NCBI GenBank assembly: GCA_902800945.1 | Contig: CADCFX010000002.1 | Location: 682-64,681, forward strand | Reading direction: 5' to 3' | From: an uncultured Erysipelotrichaceae bacterium | Lineage (GTDB): Bacteria; Bacillota_I; Bacilli_A; RF39; UBA660 | Length of the DNA: 64,000 nucleotides | Part shown: in pieces, positions 48,016-56,824 of the stretch | How positions within the stretch are numbered: position 1 is the first letter of the stretch | How the letters are laid out: each line of letters starts with the position of its first letter | Notes under the pieces: generated by a model | What the model saw: the letters and a program-made list of their open reading frames with translations, nothing else | What the model was told of the DNA's origin: nothing | Database searches by the model: none | Position numbers and translations under genes: made by a program

Positions 48016-49476
48016 ATGAACCTAGACCAAACAGTTATGCAAGTACATATAGAAGATATAATTCCTAATAGATTTCAGCCCAGATTAAATTTTGATGAAC
48101 AAGCACTTCAGGAATTAGCAGAATCTATTAAAGAACATGGAATTATACAACCACTAGTACTTAGAAAATTGGGAGACAAATATGAAATAATAGCAGGAGA
48201 AAGAAGATATAAAGCCGCAACTATGGCTGGGCTTTCAACTGTCCCTGCTGTAATTGCAAATGTAGATGATAATAGTGCTGCCGAAGTGGCTATTGTTGAA
48301 AATGTTCAAAGAAAGAATTTGACAGCCATAGAAGAAGCAAGATCATATAAAAATCTACTTGATAAAGGCTATCTAACCCAAGAAGGATTGGCTAAAAAAA
48401 TGGGGTTATCACAACCTGCAATAGCTAACAAATTAAGACTTCTAAACCTTGATGATGAAGTTCAACAAGCTCTTTTAGATGAAAAAATATCAGAAAGACA
48501 TGCTAGAACACTATTAACAATACCTGATAAGGAAACTCAAAAAGAATGGCTTCATAGAATTATTAATGAAAGATTAACAGTTAGACAATTAGATACAGAA
48601 TTAAAAAAATCCAATACAAAAGTAGATAACTCTGTAATTGAAGAAGACGAATCTGATGGAGGAGTACCGATAGTTGAAAACAAACCATCTATTGAAGAAA
48701 TAAAAGCCAATTCCGTTGATATATTTGATAAAGATAATAAATCAGTAGAAGACATGATGAAACCAACAGAAACAATAAATGAAGAGATTGAGACCCTTGA
48801 CCTAGACGAAGACGATGAAGCAAGTGGAGGGAATAACCAAAATCTATTTATTCCTTCGGATGAACCCGTTATAGAAGAACCAAAATCAACGGATAGACTT
48901 TCAAAAGAACAATTTTTAGAACTTGATCAGCCAAAAGAAGAAGAAAACAAATTCTTTACATTTACACCTGAAGATGATAATAGCAACGCTAACGAACCGA
49001 AGGAACCAACAATGGAGGCAATAGATAAAAGTAGTAATAACAGTTTTGAAATAATTGACTTTAGTGAAAATAATGACACTGATGATAATAATGAAGAATC
49101 TAGTGGCCAAGAAAATCCTTTTCTAGCTACAGAGAAAGAACAGCCATCAGCAATTAACATAGAAGAACAAGAACCAGATGGGTTAGAATTTAATATCAGT
49201 TCTAATAACAAGTTCTTTACACCAACATTAAACGAAAGACCATCGGTTGAAATAATAAACGAGAAAAAAGTTGAAAATCCAATGGATAGGGTAAAAGAAT
49301 TAGAAAATCAAAACTATAATTCTTCAGAATTAGGAGAATTAGATTTAAAAGGATCTATTAACGTAGTAAGAAAAGGATTAGAAGAACTAGGTAATAGAGG
49401 TGTTTATGCCGAAGTTGAAGAAATTGATTTTCCAAAATATTATCAAATTACTATTAAAATACCAAAAGACAACTAA
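48016..49476 (+). CDS. noc: ParB/Noc-family protein, Noc-like, with long acidic insertion
   Basis: PNRFQPR, GERRYKAA, IANKLRLL, ISERHAR and the C-terminal YYQITIKIPK match B. subtilis Noc rather than Spo0J by eye. It follows rsmG as noc does in Bacillus. Confidence 0.75.
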   Translation: MNLDQTVMQVHIEDIIPNRFQPRLNFDEQALQELAESIKEHGIIQPLVLRKLGDKYEIIAGERRYKAATMAGLSTVPAVIANVDDNSAAEVAIVENVQRKNLTAIEEARSYKNLLDKGYLTQEGLAKKMGLSQPAIANKLRLLNLDDEVQQALLDEKISERHARTLLTIPDKETQKEWLHRIINERLTVRQLDTELKKSNTKVDNSVIEEDESDGGVPIVENKPSIEEIKANSVDIFDKDNKSVEDMMKPTETINEEIETLDLDEDDEASGGNNQNLFIPSDEPVIEEPKSTDRLSKEQFLELDQPKEEENKFFTFTPEDDNSNANEPKEPTMEAIDKSSNNSFEIIDFSENNDTDDNNEESSGQENPFLATEKEQPSAINIEEQEPDGLEFNISSNNKFFTPTLNERPSVEIINEKKVENPMDRVKELENQNYNSSELGELDLKGSINVVRKGLEELGNRGVYAEVEEIDFPKYYQITIKIPKDN

Positions 49477-49494
49477 TCATAATTAGTTGTTTTT
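49471..49494 (+). terminator. intrinsic terminator after noc
   Basis: AACTAAT-CATA-ATTAGTT stem followed by GTTTTT. Confidence 0.6.
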
Positions 49495-49536
49495 AAATAA
49501 TAATATGCTATAATTTCTAATCAAAGGGAGAAAAAA

Positions 49537-49878
49537 ATGATAAAAAAATATAATATTTATCTATATAAAGACAATGAATTAGAAAAAAGCTACAAAAATA
49601 TAAAAGGCATAAATAAAGAAAAAGAGATATCATTAATACTAGATGAAATCAAAACAATCATCAAAGAAAATGAATTAATTCGGGAAAACGATGAATTTAA
49701 ATTTAACATTGATTTAATTGCCAAAACGAGCAATTATTTGCTTAAACAAACCAATATCATTTATGACATTGAAGTAATAGATTCCAATATAATAAGAAAA
49801 GAAAAAGAAATAATAATAAAGTACAGAATAGAAACAAACGAAGAAGAAATACAAATAAGAATAATAGAAAGTACGTGA
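49537..49878 (+). CDS. hypothetical protein, possibly DUF1934/YwiB-like
   Basis: 113-aa ORF immediately upstream of argS, the position YwiB occupies in Bacillus. Sequence similarity was judged only weakly. Confidence 0.35.
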   Translation: MIKKYNIYLYKDNELEKSYKNIKGINKEKEISLILDEIKTIIKENELIRENDEFKFNIDLIAKTSNYLLKQTNIIYDIEVIDSNIIRKEKEIIIKYRIETNEEEIQIRIIEST

Positions 49879-49882
49879 TAAC

Positions 49883-51634
49883 ATGCAACCATTTATAAAA
49901 GAAGAAGAAGAATACATAAAAAGTAAATTAGTAGAACTCGGATATGAAATAAAAGAAGTTGTCTTAAATGTATCATCTCGCCCAGAACTGGGAGATTATC
50001 AGTTTAATGGTATTATGGGATTAGGTAAAGAGTATCACAAAAATCCACGTGAAATAGGGCAAGAACTAGTTGATTTAATAAAAAAAGATAATAAGTATAA
50101 AGATATTAATATGGCAGGACCTGGTTTTATAAACATTTCTTTTTCTGATGAAAAACTAATAAAACACGCCAATGAATTAAATGATAATATAAGTATTAAT
50201 TACCAAATAGACAATCCCCGTACAATTTTTCTTGATTATGGCGGAGCTAATGTTGCTAAAGCTCTACATGTAGGGCACTTAAGAAGCGCAAATATAGGTG
50301 AAGCACTAAAGCGTTTGGCCGCTTCTTTGGGTAATAAAGCCATAGCAGACGCACATCTAGGTGATTGGGGAAGACCTATAGGACTAGTAATGTTAGAACT
50401 AAAAAAAGAGCATCCAGATTTGCCATATTTTGCTGAAAACTATAAAGGAGAATATCCAAAGGAATCTCCTGTTACTAATGAGGATTTAATGAGGATGTAT
50501 CCAATTGCTTCTTCTAAAGCAAAGGAAGACGAAGAATACATGAACGAAGCCAGAGAAATAACCGCTAAATTCCAGAGTGGAGATAGAGGACTAATTGCTT
50601 TATGGAACCATATAATGGCGGTGTCAAAAAAAGATATCAAAGATAGTTATGACAGACTTAATACGACATTTGAAGTTTGGGAAGGGGAAAGCGATGCTGA
50701 TAAATATGTTCCTGAAATGATAGAATATCTCGAAAAAAAGAGATTAGTAGAAGATAGTCAAGGAGCAAGAATCATAGAAGTTAAAGAAGAAAATGACGAT
50801 CATGAAGTTCCACCTTTACTACTTGTAAAATCAAATGGGGCACTTTCATACGAAACAACAGATTTAGCTTGTATTTGGGAAAGAATGCACAAATGGAAAC
50901 CAGATGAAATATGGTATTTAACTGATTCCCGTCAAGCTCTTCATTTTGAAATTGTATTTAGAGCTGCTAAAAAAGCCCAAATAGTAAACGAAGATACCAA
51001 TCTAGAATTTATACCATTTGGAACAATGAATGGTATTGATGGTAAACCTTTTAAAACAAGAGATGGTGGAACCATGAAGCTAGATGATCTTCTTGATTTA
51101 GCTACTAAAGAATGTGAAAAAAGAATATTACCAAATATTAGTGGTAAAGAGAGAGAAAATATCGCAAATAAAGTGGGAATCTCAGCAGTTAAATATGCGG
51201 ACTTATTACCATTCAGATTAACAGATTATATCTTTGACCCTGTAAAATTTAGTGACTTACAAGGTAAGACTGGCCCATATCTGCTATATTCAACCATCAG
51301 AATGAAATCTTTACTTAGCAAAGCAAATGAAGAGAATATTGCTTACAAAAAAGTAAAAGTAATATCCGATGAATATCAAAGAAATATAATGGTTGCTTTG
51401 CTAAATATAAACAACGTGTTGCTAAAATCATTTGAATCTCGTTCTTTAAATGATATATGTGAACATTTATACAAAATTACTAACATTTACAACAATTTTT
51501 ATTACCAGAATAGAATACTAACCGAAACAGATAAAGATAAAAGAGAAACATGGCTAACACTAACAAAAATAGTATATGATAATAATTGTAAAATGCTCGA
51601 TATACTGGGCATAGAAGTGCCTGATCGAATGTAA
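49883..51634 (+). CDS. argS: arginine--tRNA ligase
   Basis: The class I HIGH variant ANVAKALHVGHLRS, and the C-terminal DALR anticodon-binding region. Confidence 0.95.
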   Translation: MQPFIKEEEEYIKSKLVELGYEIKEVVLNVSSRPELGDYQFNGIMGLGKEYHKNPREIGQELVDLIKKDNKYKDINMAGPGFINISFSDEKLIKHANELNDNISINYQIDNPRTIFLDYGGANVAKALHVGHLRSANIGEALKRLAASLGNKAIADAHLGDWGRPIGLVMLELKKEHPDLPYFAENYKGEYPKESPVTNEDLMRMYPIASSKAKEDEEYMNEAREITAKFQSGDRGLIALWNHIMAVSKKDIKDSYDRLNTTFEVWEGESDADKYVPEMIEYLEKKRLVEDSQGARIIEVKEENDDHEVPPLLLVKSNGALSYETTDLACIWERMHKWKPDEIWYLTDSRQALHFEIVFRAAKKAQIVNEDTNLEFIPFGTMNGIDGKPFKTRDGGTMKLDDLLDLATKECEKRILPNISGKERENIANKVGISAVKYADLLPFRLTDYIFDPVKFSDLQGKTGPYLLYSTIRMKSLLSKANEENIAYKKVKVISDEYQRNIMVALLNINNVLLKSFESRSLNDICEHLYKITNIYNNFYYQNRILTETDKDKRETWLTLTKIVYDNNCKMLDILGIEVPDRM

Positions 51635-51658
51635 TGATAAAAAATAATAAAAAATGTA

Positions 51659-51686
51659 TTGTCATATCAAAAAAAATATGTATAAT
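51659..51686 (+). promoter_or_regulatory. promoter of rpoE
   Basis: TTGTCA, a 16-nt spacer and TATAAT. Confidence 0.55.
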
Positions 51687-51715
51687 GGTGTCTAGTGGTT
51701 ATGGAGGAAATGTGA

Positions 51716-52141
51716 ATGAGTTCAAAAAACTTGACTCTCGAAGAGTTAGAAGCAATGTCATATGACGATATTGCACTAATTATTTTAAATGAATCAAAAA
51801 AAACAATGAAAATTAATGATCTATTCAAAAAAGTATGTGATTTATTAAAACTAAGTGAAGATGAATATGTTAATAAATTACCAGCCTTTTTTGATGTTAT
51901 AAGTACTGATCATCGTTTTATAATGTTAGAAGACGGATCATGGGACGTTAGAACTAGGCATTCTACAAAAATAGTAATTGATAGTGAAGAAGAAGACGAA
52001 GAAATAATTCCGGAAGAAGAACCAGAAGAAGAACAACAAGAAGATATTTTCTTTGACGAAGAGGCTTCAGATGATGATCCTACAGACGATGATTTGAAGG
52101 ATTTAGTAATTATAGACGAAGATGAAGAAACAAATGGTTAA
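51716..52141 (+). CDS. rpoE: RNA polymerase delta subunit
   Basis: An N-terminal HARE-HTH-like domain (MSYDDIALIILNE...) and a highly acidic C-terminal tail. RBS GGAGGA. Confidence 0.85.
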   Translation: MSSKNLTLEELEAMSYDDIALIILNESKKTMKINDLFKKVCDLLKLSEDEYVNKLPAFFDVISTDHRFIMLEDGSWDVRTRHSTKIVIDSEEEDEEIIPEEEPEEEQQEDIFFDEEASDDDPTDDDLKDLVIIDEDEETNG

Positions 52142-52155
52142 TCATTTGTTTTTTT
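52131..52155 (+). terminator. intrinsic terminator after rpoE
   Basis: CAAATG-GTTAAT-CATTTG followed by seven T residues. Confidence 0.65.
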
Positions 52156-52194
52156 AAACTAAGATGATATAATACCAGAGAAAGGCGTGATAGT

Positions 52195-53250
52195 ATGATA
52201 GAAAGATTAGAAGCAATATCTGAAAAATACCAAGAGTTAACTGAAAAGTTAGCATCTCCAGAAGTACTAGCAGATTATAATGAACTAAAGAAGCTATCAA
52301 AAGAACAGAAAGATTTAGAAGAACAATACAATAAATACCAAGAATATAAAAAAGTAATTAGTAACATAGAAGAAGCCAAAGAATTAATTAATGATCCAGA
52401 AATGGGGGAAATAGCATCTCAAGAATTAGAAGAATTATCAGCTAAAAAAGAAGAATTAACCAAAGAACTAGAATTTTTATTAATTCCTAAAGATGAAAAC
52501 GATGATAAAAACATTATAATTGAAATAAGAGGTGCTGCCGGAGGCGATGAAGCAAACATATTTGCTGGAGATCTATTTAGAATGTATCAACATTACGCCG
52601 ATAAAAATGGTTGGAAGATTGAAATAATAAATGAAGAACCAGGAACTGCCGGAGGCTATTCTCAAATAGAAGCAATAATAAAGGGAGATAATGTATATTC
52701 TAAACTAAAATATGAATCAGGATCACACAGAGTACAAAGAGTTCCTGTAACAGAATCAAATGGTAGAATCCAAACATCTACTGCTACAGTATTAATAATG
52801 CCAGAAGTAGAAGATGTTGATATAGAAATCAATCCAAACGATTTAAGAATAGATGTGTATTGCGCAACTGGTCATGGTGGCCAAGGAGTAAATACGACTC
52901 CTTCAGCAGTTAGAATAACCCATCTTCCTACCAATACAGTTGTTACTTGTCAAAACGAAAGAAGTCAATTGCAAAACAAACAAGAAGCAATGCAAGTGTT
53001 AAAAGCTCGTTTATATCAAATGGCTCAAGAGGAGCAAGATGCTAAAGTGGGAAATGAAAGAAGAAGTAAAATAGGAACAGGAGATCGCGCGGAAAAAATT
53101 AGAACATATAACTATCCACAAAACAGAGTAACCGATCATAGAATCGGTTATACCACCAATAACTTAGATAGAGTAATGGATGGTGCATTGGAAGACATAA
53201 TCAACGCCTTAATTACCGAAGATATGGCTAGAAAGCTAAGAGGAGAATGA
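52195..53250 (+). CDS. prfA: peptide chain release factor 1
   Basis: The PVT (PxT-type) tripeptide region and the GGQ motif (GHGGQGVNTT). The TGA stop overlaps the prmC ATG. Confidence 0.97.
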   Translation: MIERLEAISEKYQELTEKLASPEVLADYNELKKLSKEQKDLEEQYNKYQEYKKVISNIEEAKELINDPEMGEIASQELEELSAKKEELTKELEFLLIPKDENDDKNIIIEIRGAAGGDEANIFAGDLFRMYQHYADKNGWKIEIINEEPGTAGGYSQIEAIIKGDNVYSKLKYESGSHRVQRVPVTESNGRIQTSTATVLIMPEVEDVDIEINPNDLRIDVYCATGHGGQGVNTTPSAVRITHLPTNTVVTCQNERSQLQNKQEAMQVLKARLYQMAQEEQDAKVGNERRSKIGTGDRAEKIRTYNYPQNRVTDHRIGYTTNNLDRVMDGALEDIINALITEDMARKLRGE

Positions 53251-53969
53251 AAGAAGATATAGAATATCTAAAAAAATATCTTCATCCAGGAGAGGACCTT
53301 TCTAAAGCCATAAAAAGATTAGAACAAGGAGAACCTGTCCAATACATAGTTGGAGATGTTAACTTTTATGGAAATATCATTAAAGTCAATAACAACGTTT
53401 TAATTCCTCGCCCAGAAACAGAAGAATTAGTAGAGAAAACGAGCGTATTAATAAAAGAACTATTCTCCGACAATATAAACATATTAGATATTGGAACTGG
53501 TAGCGGCTGTATATCAATTGCTTTAAAGAAAATATTTCCTAACTCTATAGTAGAAGGAATAGATATTTCTGAAGAAGCACTTGAGATAGCTAAGGATAAC
53601 GCTACAGAAAACAATGTAGATATTAACTTTTATCAAAGTGATATTTTTTCAAATATAAATAATAAATATGATTGTATAATCTCTAATCCGCCATATCTTA
53701 AAGAGGGCGATTACATAATGGACATAGTAAAAAACAATGAACCACATCTCGCCTTATATGCCGAAGAAAAAGGATTGTATTTTTATAAGATAATTTTAAA
53801 AGAAGCTAATAAATATCTAAGAGAAAGATTTATAATCGCCTTAGAAATAGGAGAAAATCAAAAAGAAGATATATTAAAAATTGCCGAGCAGTATTTTCCT
53901 AATGCAAATATAATAAGTGATAAAGATTTAAGAAAACTTGATAGATTTATTTTCATTATACAAAAGTAG
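53247..53969 (+). CDS. prmC: release factor glutamine methyltransferase PrmC
   Basis: DIGTGSGCI and SNPPYL motifs, in the prfA-prmC operon. Confidence 0.9.
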   Translation: MKEDIEYLKKYLHPGEDLSKAIKRLEQGEPVQYIVGDVNFYGNIIKVNNNVLIPRPETEELVEKTSVLIKELFSDNINILDIGTGSGCISIALKKIFPNSIVEGIDISEEALEIAKDNATENNVDINFYQSDIFSNINNKYDCIISNPPYLKEGDYIMDIVKNNEPHLALYAEEKGLYFYKIILKEANKYLRERFIIALEIGENQKEDILKIAEQYFPNANIISDKDLRKLDRFIFIIQK

Positions 53970-54008
53970 TTTTACTACTTTTTTGTTTACTAATAAGTAG
54001 TAAACTTT
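53963..54008 (+). terminator. tandem hairpins after prmC
   Basis: AAAGTAGT-TTT-ACTACTTT followed by a T-run, then a GTTTACTA-ATAAG-TAGTAAAC stem. Confidence 0.6.
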
Positions 54009-54019
54009 CCCCTTTTTGT

Positions 54020-54048
54020 TTGACAAACTCCTAGAGAAACCTTAATAT
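54020..54048 (+). promoter_or_regulatory. promoter of murA
   Basis: TTGACA, a 17-nt spacer and TAATAT. Confidence 0.65.
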
Positions 54049-54076
54049 TAAAATATAAAGATGATGAGTGAGGAAT

Positions 54077-55330
54077 ATGAAACAATTAGTAATTAAAGGA
54101 AAAAAAGAATTAAATGGGGAAATAAAAATAAGCGGAGCAAAGAATAGCATAGTAGCCTTAATTCCTGCTGCAATCTTATCAGATGAAGGAGCGACATTGT
54201 ATAATGTTCCTAATATATCTGATACTAAATCCCTAATAGATATATTAGAAGTATTGGGGTGTAAACAAGAATATAGAGATGAAGTAATAACAATAGATAC
54301 CAGTAATATGAAAAATAAAGTAATCGAAGAAAACTTAGCTAAGAAGTTAAGAGCGTCGTATTACTTTATGGGAGCATTATTAGCAAAATATAATTATGCA
54401 GAAATATATTTCCCAGGCGGATGTAATATAGGTACCAGACCAATTAATTTTCATATAAATGGTTTTAAAAAACTAGGGGCCGAAGTAATAATCGAGGGAA
54501 ACAAATATATTTTCAAAGCTGACAAACTAAAAGGAGCTTCAATATATTTAGATTTCGCCTCAGTAGGAGCAACCATAAATTTAATGCTAGCAGCAGTAAA
54601 GGCAGAAGGTAAAACAACTATATCAAACGCTGCTAAAGAGCCAGAGATAGCTAACGTGGCAGAATTACTAAATAGTATGGGAGCTAAGATTAGTGGCGCT
54701 GGAACTAGTGAAATAACAATTGAAGGGGTAAAACACCTAAAATGGGGCAAAGTAACTGTTATACCTGACAGAATTGAATCAGGAACTTATATTATTGCTG
54801 GAGCTCTAATCGGAAAAAATCTCAAAGTATCAGGTATAATAGAAGAAAACATCGAAGCCTTACTATCCAAATTAAATGATATGGGAGTAGACATAAAAAA
54901 AGAAAATGATTCCATAATAGTTAGCAAACCAAAAGAATATAAAGCAATAAATGTCAAAACTCTAGTATTCCCAGGATTCCCTACTGATTTAGCTCAACCA
55001 ATAACAGTATTACTAACTCAAGCGAAGGGAACGTCTATACTAGAAGAAACAATTTATGAAAATAGAATGGGACATGTGCCTTATCTTCAGAAGATGGGTG
55101 CTAAAATAACCGTTAATGATAGAACGGCAACAATTGAAGGGGCAACTCCATTAAAAGGAGCGGAAGTAGTAGCTACAGACTTAAGGGCTGGAGCAACATT
55201 AGTATTAGCGGGTCTAGTAGCAGATGGAACTACAAAGATTAATGAAATAGAACATATATTAAGGGGATACGAATATATTGTAGAAAAACTCCAAAATGTC
55301 GGCGCGGACATAAGAGTAGTAGAAGAGTGA
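54077..55330 (+). CDS. murA: UDP-N-acetylglucosamine 1-carboxyvinyltransferase
   Basis: GAKNS, the active-site loop FPGGCNIGTRPI, and TDLRAGA. The start was set at MKQLVIKG with RBS TGAGGA. Confidence 0.95.
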   Translation: MKQLVIKGKKELNGEIKISGAKNSIVALIPAAILSDEGATLYNVPNISDTKSLIDILEVLGCKQEYRDEVITIDTSNMKNKVIEENLAKKLRASYYFMGALLAKYNYAEIYFPGGCNIGTRPINFHINGFKKLGAEVIIEGNKYIFKADKLKGASIYLDFASVGATINLMLAAVKAEGKTTISNAAKEPEIANVAELLNSMGAKISGAGTSEITIEGVKHLKWGKVTVIPDRIESGTYIIAGALIGKNLKVSGIIEENIEALLSKLNDMGVDIKKENDSIIVSKPKEYKAINVKTLVFPGFPTDLAQPITVLLTQAKGTSILEETIYENRMGHVPYLQKMGAKITVNDRTATIEGATPLKGAEVVATDLRAGATLVLAGLVADGTTKINEIEHILRGYEYIVEKLQNVGADIRVVEE

Positions 55331-55353
55331 ATCAATTGAGATTCACTTTTTTT
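55326..55353 (+). terminator. intrinsic terminator after murA
   Basis: GTGAATC-AATTGA-GATTCAC followed by seven T residues. Confidence 0.75.
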
Positions 55354-55369
55354 AGGGTTTACGCAAAAT

Positions 55370-55398
55370 TTGACATAATTATCAATTTTTGTTAAAAT
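55370..55398 (+). promoter_or_regulatory. strong promoter driving the non-coding region upstream of the 4-TM protein gene
   Basis: TTGACA, a 17-nt spacer ending in TGT, and TAAAAT (extended -10). Confidence 0.65.
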
Positions 55399-55404
55399 TC
55401 TAAT

Positions 55405-55880
55405 GTGTTATGGAGCATTATCCTAGTCACAAAAATTATTTGAAGGTAGGGCTAAAAATCTATCAATTGATCAATAGACACTTTGTATATCTGCTTGTTT
55501 CGCCCAGATTCGGGTGGATATATGATTTTAGATATAAGGAGAAAGTATAATGGCATATATTAGGATCCTTTTATCAAGTCACAATAATAATAACAGATCA
55601 TGTCGTGAGTGATTAAGAGGGATATCATTTGAAATCTTAATTGCAAAAGCGAATAAGAATAATCCATTTGTGTTTGAGAAATTCTCTAGGGTGTACATAT
55701 TATAAAGTTTGAAGTGCGGACTAAGTGGTAATCGAGTAATCGTAGTGGTAACACTTGGTTGTCTTCCTTAAAGAGAAATCGCCAACGAGTAATCGAGTGG
55801 TGGAAGATAGAGAAATTCAACTCGACCAAAGCCGTAAAATTAATTTATGATATAACCATAAACGGTTTACAAATACTTTA
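55405..55880 (+). ncRNA. candidate large structured RNA or long 5' leader (family not identified)
   Basis: About 480 nt lie between a consensus promoter and the next RBS, with no ORF of 60 aa or more on either strand. The region is visibly G+C-enriched relative to its surroundings. It has internal repeats and complementary segments. There is no terminator before the downstream gene. Confidence 0.4.
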
Positions 55881-55894
55881 TAAGGAGAGTTAAT

Positions 55895-56410
55895 ATGAAA
55901 GAAAATGTTAACTGGATATATAAAGTTTTTTTATTATCTTTTATTCTTTCTATAGTCTTTAGTAGTGGCTCATCATTTGTTGCTAATAGAGCAAGTTCAT
56001 TCGTGCTAGGCGTAATAATAATAATTGTAATTGCCGTAGGAATTATATTTGATATGATAGGAGTTGCGTTCCTAACAAGCAATGAATCAAGTCTACATGC
56101 TAAAGCATCAAAGAAATTAAAAGGTGCTAAAGAAGCTATTTCCATGTTAAAAAATGCTACCCAAGTAGCATCTATATGTAATGACGTAATAGGTGATGTA
56201 TGTGGTGTTGTAAGTGGAAGCCTAGGAGCAGTACTCACTATTAATATCGCTAATCATTTTAATCTTAATATTGTATTAATTACAACTATTATAACAGCGG
56301 TTATTTCGGCATTAACAGTTGGCGGTAAAGCAATTTTTAAAACAATAGCAACTAAGAAAGCAGATACAATTGTATATACTGTTGGTAAAATTAGAGCTAT
56401 ATTTAAATGA
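55895..56410 (+). CDS. small integral membrane protein, 4 predicted TM segments
   Basis: 171 aa with RBS AAGGAGAG. There are four hydrophobic segments separated by a basic amphipathic loop (SSLHAKASKKLKGAKEAISMLKN), with a weak resemblance to the CNNM/DUF21 TM domain. Confidence 0.7.
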   Translation: MKENVNWIYKVFLLSFILSIVFSSGSSFVANRASSFVLGVIIIIVIAVGIIFDMIGVAFLTSNESSLHAKASKKLKGAKEAISMLKNATQVASICNDVIGDVCGVVSGSLGAVLTINIANHFNLNIVLITTIITAVISALTVGGKAIFKTIATKKADTIVYTVGKIRAIFK

Positions 56411-56439
56411 TAAAATCGTAAAATTCTATTTAATAATAC

Positions 56440-56467
56440 TTGCAACTAAGCAAAAACATGATATAAT
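56440..56467 (+). promoter_or_regulatory. promoter of rpmE
   Basis: TTGCAA, a 16-nt spacer and TATAAT. Confidence 0.55.
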
Positions 56468-56525
56468 ACATTAGACGCAGAAATACTATGTTAAGAATAT
56501 TTAACATGGCGGAAGGAGTGTAGTA

Positions 56526-56741
56526 ATGAAAAAGGGAATACATCCAGAATTAAAAGATTGTAAAGTTACTTGTAGTTGTGGAGCAACATTTATGACAAAA
56601 TCAACTAAAGATGAAATCTATATAGAAGTATGTAATGAATGTCATCCATTCTATACAGGTAAACAAGGTAAAAGTAAAAAAGCTGGAAATATTGAAAAAT
56701 TCAATCGTAAATATGGAATTACTGAAGAAGCTTCAAAATAG
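56526..56741 (+). CDS. rpmE: 50S ribosomal protein L31 (Zn-ribbon type A)
   Basis: [12 protein letters not shown]...[12 protein letters not shown]. Confidence 0.95.
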   Translation: MKKGIHPELKDCKVTCSCGATFMTKSTKDEIYIEVCNECHPFYTGKQGKSKKAGNIEKFNRKYGITEEASK

Positions 56742-56755
56742 AGCTTCTTTTTTTA
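56724..56755 (+). terminator. intrinsic terminator after rpmE
   Basis: GAAGCT-9 nt-AGCTTC followed by a T-run, overlapping the stop codon. Confidence 0.65.
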
Positions 56756-56824
56756 TGTCTACGTTTCGTAGGTTCTCATTTTTTATCAACTTTAATATAA
56801 TCTTTTTATCAAAGGAGGAAAAAG

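Noticed and set aside
50041-50060. parS-like half site AATCCACGTGAAATA inside argS.
   Set aside because: Only about 10 of 16 positions match. The outer TGTT/AACA arms are missing.
55354-55894. Attempts to assign the large non-coding region to a T-box, M-box, RNase P RNA, tmRNA or group II intron domain V.
   Set aside because: None of the hallmark sequences is present: T-box GGTGGTACCGCG, M-box GGTGAGGC, RNase P GAGGAAAGTCC, or the tmRNA T-arm and tag frame. The family remains unassigned.
55867-56238. 123-aa minus-strand ORF opposite the 4-TM protein gene.
   Set aside because: The plus-strand ORF has a strong RBS (AAGGAGAG) and coherent TM topology. The minus-strand frame has neither.
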